A stretch of DNA of 64,000 nucleotides, taken from Acidobacteriota bacterium. GTDB lineage: Bacteria > Acidobacteriota > UBA6911 > RPQK01 > JAJDTT01. The DNA is taken from the NCBI GenBank assembly GCA_965209055.1, contig OZ242374.1, positions 3,744,001-3,808,000 of the forward strand, read 5' to 3'. Made by a program: the position numbers and the translations under genes. Positions 59,542-64,000 of the stretch are shown here, one piece after another. The notes beneath the pieces were generated by a model. The model ran no database searches. It was given only the letters and a program-made list of their open reading frames with translations, and was not told the DNA's origin. The stretch's first letter is position 1, and every line of letters starts with the position of its first letter.

Positions 59542-59563
59542 GGGCGGCCACGAGGGTCGCCCC
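59542..59563. repeat. REP-like hairpin
   Basis: GGGCGGCC-ACGAG-GGTCGCCC, similar to 49680-49705. Confidence 0.55.
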
Positions 59564-59592
59564 GGCACTGCTTTCATTGATCCTGCAACGCC

Positions 59593-61260
59593 GTGACGGG
59601 TCTGGACTGGGCGGTTTTTACCCTCTACGTGGTCCTGATCCTCATGGTGGGCCTGTACCAGAGCCGCAAGAGCTCCGGTATCGAAGGCTATTTCCTGGGA
59701 AACCGCAGCCTTTCCTGGGGCCTGATCGGCCTCTCCGTCATGGCCACCCAGGCCAGCGCCATCACCTTCATCGGGACCACGGGCCAGTCCTACGGCTACG
59801 GGATGAAATTCGTCCAGGTCTACCTGCCCCAGCCTCTGGTGATGGTGGTTCTCTGCGTCCTGTTCGTCCCCTTTTTCTATCGGCGGAAGATCTACACCGC
59901 GTACGAGTTCCTGGAGCAGCGGTTCGACGCACGGACCCGTTCCCTGACCAGCTTCCTGTTCCTGGTCTCCCGCGGCCTGGCCGCCGGGATCGTCCTCTAT
60001 GCTCCCGCGGTGGTGCTCTCGGTCCTGATGGGCTGGGACGAACGGGTCACGGTGCTGATCATGGGAGCCGTGACCATCCTCTACACTGCGGCCGGCGGGA
60101 TCACGGCGGTCATCTGGACCGATGTGCTGCAGATACTGCTCATGTTCGGCGGCATCGGAGCGGCCCTCTTGACCCTCTTCGGAGAGTTGCCCCCGCAGGT
60201 GGACGTCGCCGACGTCTTCTACATCGGCGGCATCGAGGAGATGTGGAAGAGCGTGGACCTGTCGCCGGACCCGCGGGAGACCTATACGCTCTGGTCCGGC
60301 CTGGTGGGCGGATTCTTCCTGGCGCTGGCCTACTTCGGGTGCGACCAGAGCCAGGTTCAGCGGTATCTGACTGCCAAGTCCCTGACCCAGAGCCGCCTGG
60401 CCCTCCTCTTCAACGCCTTCCTCAAGGTGCCCATGCAGATCTTCATCCTGGCCATCGGGGTGCTGCTCTTCGTCTTCTACCACTTCGAGCAGCCGCCTCT
60501 GATCTTCAATCCGGCGGAGGAGGCCCAGGTGCGGCAGAGCGGAAAGGGCCCGGCCTTCGAAGAGCTGGAAAGGGACTACCGCGATCTGCACTCGCTCCGG
60601 CGGGAGGCGACTCTGGACCTGCTTCGCGTTCGCCGGGAAGGTGGTGACCTGGAGTCCGGGCGCGCCCGGATTCGGCAATACCATGACGAGATGGAGGCGT
60701 TGCGCGGCCGCTCCAAGGTGTTGGTCGAGACGGTCAAGGGCCGATCCTCCACCGACGTCAACTACGTCTTTCCCTCCTACCTGGTCCAATACGTGCCGGC
60801 CGGGATCCTGGGGCTGATGATCGCCGTCATCTTCGCCGCCGCCATGTCCTCGCTGGACTCGGAGCTGACTGCCCTCTCCAGCGCCACGGTCATGGACTTC
60901 TACCGCCGCTATCTGGTTCGGGGAGCCTCCACACGGCACTATCTCTGGGCGGCCCGGCTCACCACATTGGCCTGGGGGGTGCTGGCCACGGGGGTGGCGC
61001 TCTATGTCGGCCAGCAGGAGGCGTCCCTCCTGGAACTGGTCAACAAGGTGGGCTCGTACTTCTACGGTTCGCTGCTGGGGGTCTTCCTTTTGGCCTTTCT
61101 GGCCCCTTGGGCCACCGCCCGCGGTGCGTTCTGGGGCCTGATCCTGGGGATGGTCTCCGTATGGGCGGTCAGCGAGTTCACGTCGCTTTCGTTTCTCTAT
61201 TACAACGTGGTGGGTTGCTTGACCGTCGTTGCGGCGGCGTTTGTGCTCAAGCGCAGATGA
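59593..61260 (+). CDS. Sodium:solute symporter (SSS)
   Basis: SVMATQASAITF, FLEQRF, AVIWTD, YFGCDQSQVQRY and AAMSSLDS. Confidence 0.93.
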   Translation: MTGLDWAVFTLYVVLILMVGLYQSRKSSGIEGYFLGNRSLSWGLIGLSVMATQASAITFIGTTGQSYGYGMKFVQVYLPQPLVMVVLCVLFVPFFYRRKIYTAYEFLEQRFDARTRSLTSFLFLVSRGLAAGIVLYAPAVVLSVLMGWDERVTVLIMGAVTILYTAAGGITAVIWTDVLQILLMFGGIGAALLTLFGELPPQVDVADVFYIGGIEEMWKSVDLSPDPRETYTLWSGLVGGFFLALAYFGCDQSQVQRYLTAKSLTQSRLALLFNAFLKVPMQIFILAIGVLLFVFYHFEQPPLIFNPAEEAQVRQSGKGPAFEELERDYRDLHSLRREATLDLLRVRREGGDLESGRARIRQYHDEMEALRGRSKVLVETVKGRSSTDVNYVFPSYLVQYVPAGILGLMIAVIFAAAMSSLDSELTALSSATVMDFYRRYLVRGASTRHYLWAARLTTLAWGVLATGVALYVGQQEASLLELVNKVGSYFYGSLLGVFLLAFLAPWATARGAFWGLILGMVSVWAVSEFTSLSFLYYNVVGCLTVVAAAFVLKRR

Positions 61261-61278
61261 TCTCTCTCGGAGTCGGTC

Positions 61279-62124
61279 TTACCCGCCGTTGGATCCACCC
61301 AGACGGACGCTGAGGTTTTCTCCGCGGCTGCTCTTGGAACTCGAGGCCTGGCGCATCAGGTATTCGTTGGCCGGCAGGTGCGGGTAGACGTGGGGATTGA
61401 GCACCTGGTACGCCTCGGCGTACGAGACCGAGGAGTGAAGCCCCATTCTCCCATTGGTGACTTCGATGCATTTCCGTCCCAGGTCTCCCGTGTAGTACTG
61501 GCTCGCCACGCAGTCCAACGCTTGGGCCTTCTTCTCCACGACCGGGGTGATGTCCACCAGCACATTTGCGAATCGCCGCCCCTCGGCGGATAGCTGGTTG
61601 GTGTGTCCGTACATGGTGATGAAAAAGACCTGCGCCGGCGTGACCGGGTCCTCGGCGTCCTGGACGTAGTTGGAGGTCTTGACCAGGTCACATGCTCGGA
61701 GGGCCGCCTCCGCCGTCTCCTGGTGGGCGAACCCCAGTTCCTCGGTGGGATTGTGCAGGATCAGGAGATGGGGCCGGACATCCGCCAGCTCTTTGGCGAT
61801 GGCTTCGATCAACTCCCGGCTCTGGATCACCACGTCGTCCTTCAGGCGCAGGAACCGGACGTCCCGAACCCCCAGGATCTCCATCCCCCGGCGGGCCTCG
61901 TCCTCCTTCTCCCGAATGGCCTCCTCCAGATCGGAGACCTGATCGAGCCGGCCGCTCTTGATGAGCTCGTTGCGCCGGGTGTGGTGGGTGTCCACACCGT
62001 GGGTACAGACCACCATGGTGACCCGGTCCCCGCGTTGGGCATGGAGACAGAGGGTTCCTCCCGCATGGTCGATGGCATCGGCGGGATGACACATGACGGC
62101 CATGATCTTGAGACGTTCTTCCAT
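61279..62124 (-). CDS. PIG-L/LmbE-family deacetylase-like protein
   Basis: MAVMCHPADAIDHAGGTL, VDITPV.EKK..AL....SQ and YAEAY. Confidence 0.8.
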   Translation of the reverse strand: MEERLKIMAVMCHPADAIDHAGGTLCLHAQRGDRVTMVVCTHGVDTHHTRRNELIKSGRLDQVSDLEEAIREKEDEARRGMEILGVRDVRFLRLKDDVVIQSRELIEAIAKELADVRPHLLILHNPTEELGFAHQETAEAALRACDLVKTSNYVQDAEDPVTPAQVFFITMYGHTNQLSAEGRRFANVLVDITPVVEKKAQALDCVASQYYTGDLGRKCIEVTNGRMGLHSSVSYAEAYQVLNPHVYPHLPANEYLMRQASSSKSSRGENLSVRLGGSNGG

Positions 62125-62136
62125 GGCGGACCTCCT

Positions 62137-62166
62137 GGAGGGGGGACATTCTTGTCCCTCCTCTTC
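62137..62166 (+). repeat. GGAG-type REP-like hairpin
   Basis: GGAGGGGGGACATTCTTGTCCCTCCTCTTC nearly matches the reverse complement of 2972-3000. Confidence 0.7.
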
Positions 62167-62321
62167 GTTCCCTATACTTTGAGGAGAACGAAATGCTGAA
62201 TCAACGCCGCCGACGATGTCAACCGCCGGGAGAACCCATGTGGATGCCCTCTCTGGCCATCCGTCGGAAACATGCGATATCATGGCGCCAATCTGAGTCC
62301 GGGTCTTTTGGAGGAAAGTAT

Positions 62322-63296
62322 ATGCGTCGCAGAACCTTTTTCGGCAGCGCCCTGGCTGGCGTGTTGGCTCTTCGGAGCAAGGCTTGGGGGCGGAGCCCGG
62401 TACCCGCTTCCACCGGTGGCGACATTCCCAAGCGCGTCTTCGGCAAGACGGGAGAGAAGCTGACCATCGTCGGGCAGGCCGGCGGACGCTATCCCATGAT
62501 CTCCTTCGAGGACGCCAAGGCGGTGACGCTCCGGGCCTACGAGCTCGGCGTCAACTACTTCGACAACGCCCATTCCTACTGGTCGGGGCGATCCGAGGAG
62601 GTGTACGGCGAGGTGCTTCCAGCTTTTCGCAAGGATGTCTTCGTCACCACCAAGAGCGTCGTCCGAGACCGGGAGGGCGCAGCCAAGGAACTGGAGATCT
62701 CCCTGAAGCGGCTCAAGATGGACTACGTGGACCTGTGGCAGATCCACTCCGTCAGCCGGATGGAGGACGTGGAGCAGATCTTCGCTCCCGGCGGCGCCAT
62801 CGAGGCCTTCGAGGAGGCCAAGCGGAGCGGCAAGACCCGGTTCATCGGCTTCACCGGGCATACGGACCCCCACGTCCACATGGAGATGCTGAAACGCTAC
62901 GACCAGTTCGACACCATTCTGATGCCGCTGAATCCGGCCGACCCGTCCTACCTGAGCTTCGAGCAGATCGTGCTTCCCGAGGCCGTCCGGCAGGGACTGG
63001 GCATCCAGGGCATGAAGAGTCTGGCCAACGCCAAGCTTCTCCAGTCCTTCAGCGTCGAGGACTGCATCCAATACGTCCTGAGCCTCCCCATCCATTGCCT
63101 GACCATGGGCGCCACCACGCTGGGCCAGATCGAGGACGATGTCCGGATCGCCAAGCGCTTCGCCGCGTTGGAAGAACCTCAGATGGCGGAGCTCCGGGAA
63201 AGAGCTCGCCGTCTGGCGGGTCCGGAACTGGAGGACTGGAAGCGCGGTCCGGAGCGGGCCGGCCTGGACCCCGCGGGGGCCGAGATCCACGGCTGA
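62322..63296 (+). CDS. Aldo/keto reductase with Tat-like signal
   Basis: MRRRTFFGSALAG, GVNYFDNAHSY, FVTTK, SLKRLKMDYVDLWQIH and IGFTGH. Confidence 0.9.
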   Translation: MRRRTFFGSALAGVLALRSKAWGRSPVPASTGGDIPKRVFGKTGEKLTIVGQAGGRYPMISFEDAKAVTLRAYELGVNYFDNAHSYWSGRSEEVYGEVLPAFRKDVFVTTKSVVRDREGAAKELEISLKRLKMDYVDLWQIHSVSRMEDVEQIFAPGGAIEAFEEAKRSGKTRFIGFTGHTDPHVHMEMLKRYDQFDTILMPLNPADPSYLSFEQIVLPEAVRQGLGIQGMKSLANAKLLQSFSVEDCIQYVLSLPIHCLTMGATTLGQIEDDVRIAKRFAALEEPQMAELRERARRLAGPELEDWKRGPERAGLDPAGAEIHG

Positions 63297-63306
63297 CTCC
63301 CAGCGG

Positions 63307-64000
63307 GTGATCGAGACGGCTTCGACCCGGCGGCGAGAGCTTCTGGACCGTTACCTGCGGTCTCTTCCTTTCGAACCCTATGTGTTTCAGAGGGACGCTC
63401 TGGAGGCTTGGTACGCCTCGGGTGAGGATCTTCTGGTAACCTCGCCCACCGGCACCGGCAAGACCCTCATCGCCGAAGGTGCCCTCTTCGAGGCGCTTCA
63501 CGGCGGTCGGACCGCCTATTACACCACTCCCCTCATCGCGCTGACCGAGCAGAAATTCCGGGAGATGCAGGCGGCCGCCGTACACTGGGGGTTTCCCGCC
63601 GACAGCGTGGGGCTGGTGACCGGGAACCGCCAGGTCAACCCGGACGCGCCGGTACGGGTGGTGGTGGCCGAAATCCTCCTCAATCGCCTGCTGCACCCCG
63701 GCAACTTCGATTTCGATCGGGTCGCCGTCGTGGTCAAGGACGAGTTCCACACCTTCCGGGATCCGGAACGGGGCATCGTCTGGGAATTGTCCCTTTCGCT
63801 GCTCCCCAGGCACGTGAGGCTTCTCCTGCTCTCGGCAACCGTGGGCCGTCCCGAGTCCTTCACGACCTGGCTCCGGAAAAGCCATGGACGGCAAATGCAG
63901 TTGTTCCGGGGAAGGGAACGGCGGGTCCCGCTGACTTATGAGTGGGTGGACGACCTGCTGTTGGAAGAGCTGCTGGTGGAGCTGGTTCGGGGCGGGAAAA
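63307..64000 (+). CDS. Ski2/HelY-like DExH-box helicase; 3'-truncated by the window edge and absent from the ORF track
   Basis: Own translation from GTG 63307: PYVFQ…SPTGTGKTL…YTTPLIALTEQKF…GLVTG…DEFH…ERGIVWE…LLSAT. Confidence 0.9.
   Translation, partial: MIETASTRRRELLDRYLRSLPFEPYVFQRDALEAWYASGEDLLVTSPTGTGKTLIAEGALFEALHGGRTAYYTTPLIALTEQKFREMQAAAVHWGFPADSVGLVTGNRQVNPDAPVRVVVAEILLNRLLHPGNFDFDRVAVVVKDEFHTFRDPERGIVWELSLSLLPRHVRLLLLSATVGRPESFTTWLRKSHGRQMQLFRGRERRVPLTYEWVDDLLLEELLVELVRGGK

Overview
A GC-rich, gene-dense bacterial chromosome segment; the gene content suggests an Acidobacteriota-like lineage, which is inference only. Most of it is housekeeping and metabolism: polB, a porin-pstSCAB-phoU operon with a Pho-box-like array, ilvD, hemH, ispH, queF, panBC, sppA, nfi, murB-murA, a partial ebo cluster (eboD-eboE-eboC-like), ehuBCD-like ABC genes, a YjhG/YagF dehydratase, two SSS symporters, two tandem CehA/McbA-like metallohydrolases, a eukaryote-type hexokinase and a truncated Ski2-like helicase. 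I saw no rRNA, tRNA or CRISPR array. The most striking structure is a ~2.3-kb island (5814-8104). It holds a RAYT-like Y1 HUH transposase and a secreted MORN-like cargo gene, bracketed by three clusters of short tandem duplications anchored on the core ACAGAC-T-GTCCCC. The island is flanked by two diverged copies (51/62 nt identical) of the last ~20 codons of the NhaC-family gene, as if it had integrated into that gene and replaced its 3' end. Dispersed REP/REPIN-like hairpins also occur; one sits where a gene should stop and another supplies a stop codon. All protein calls come from motif recognition by eye; no database search was run.
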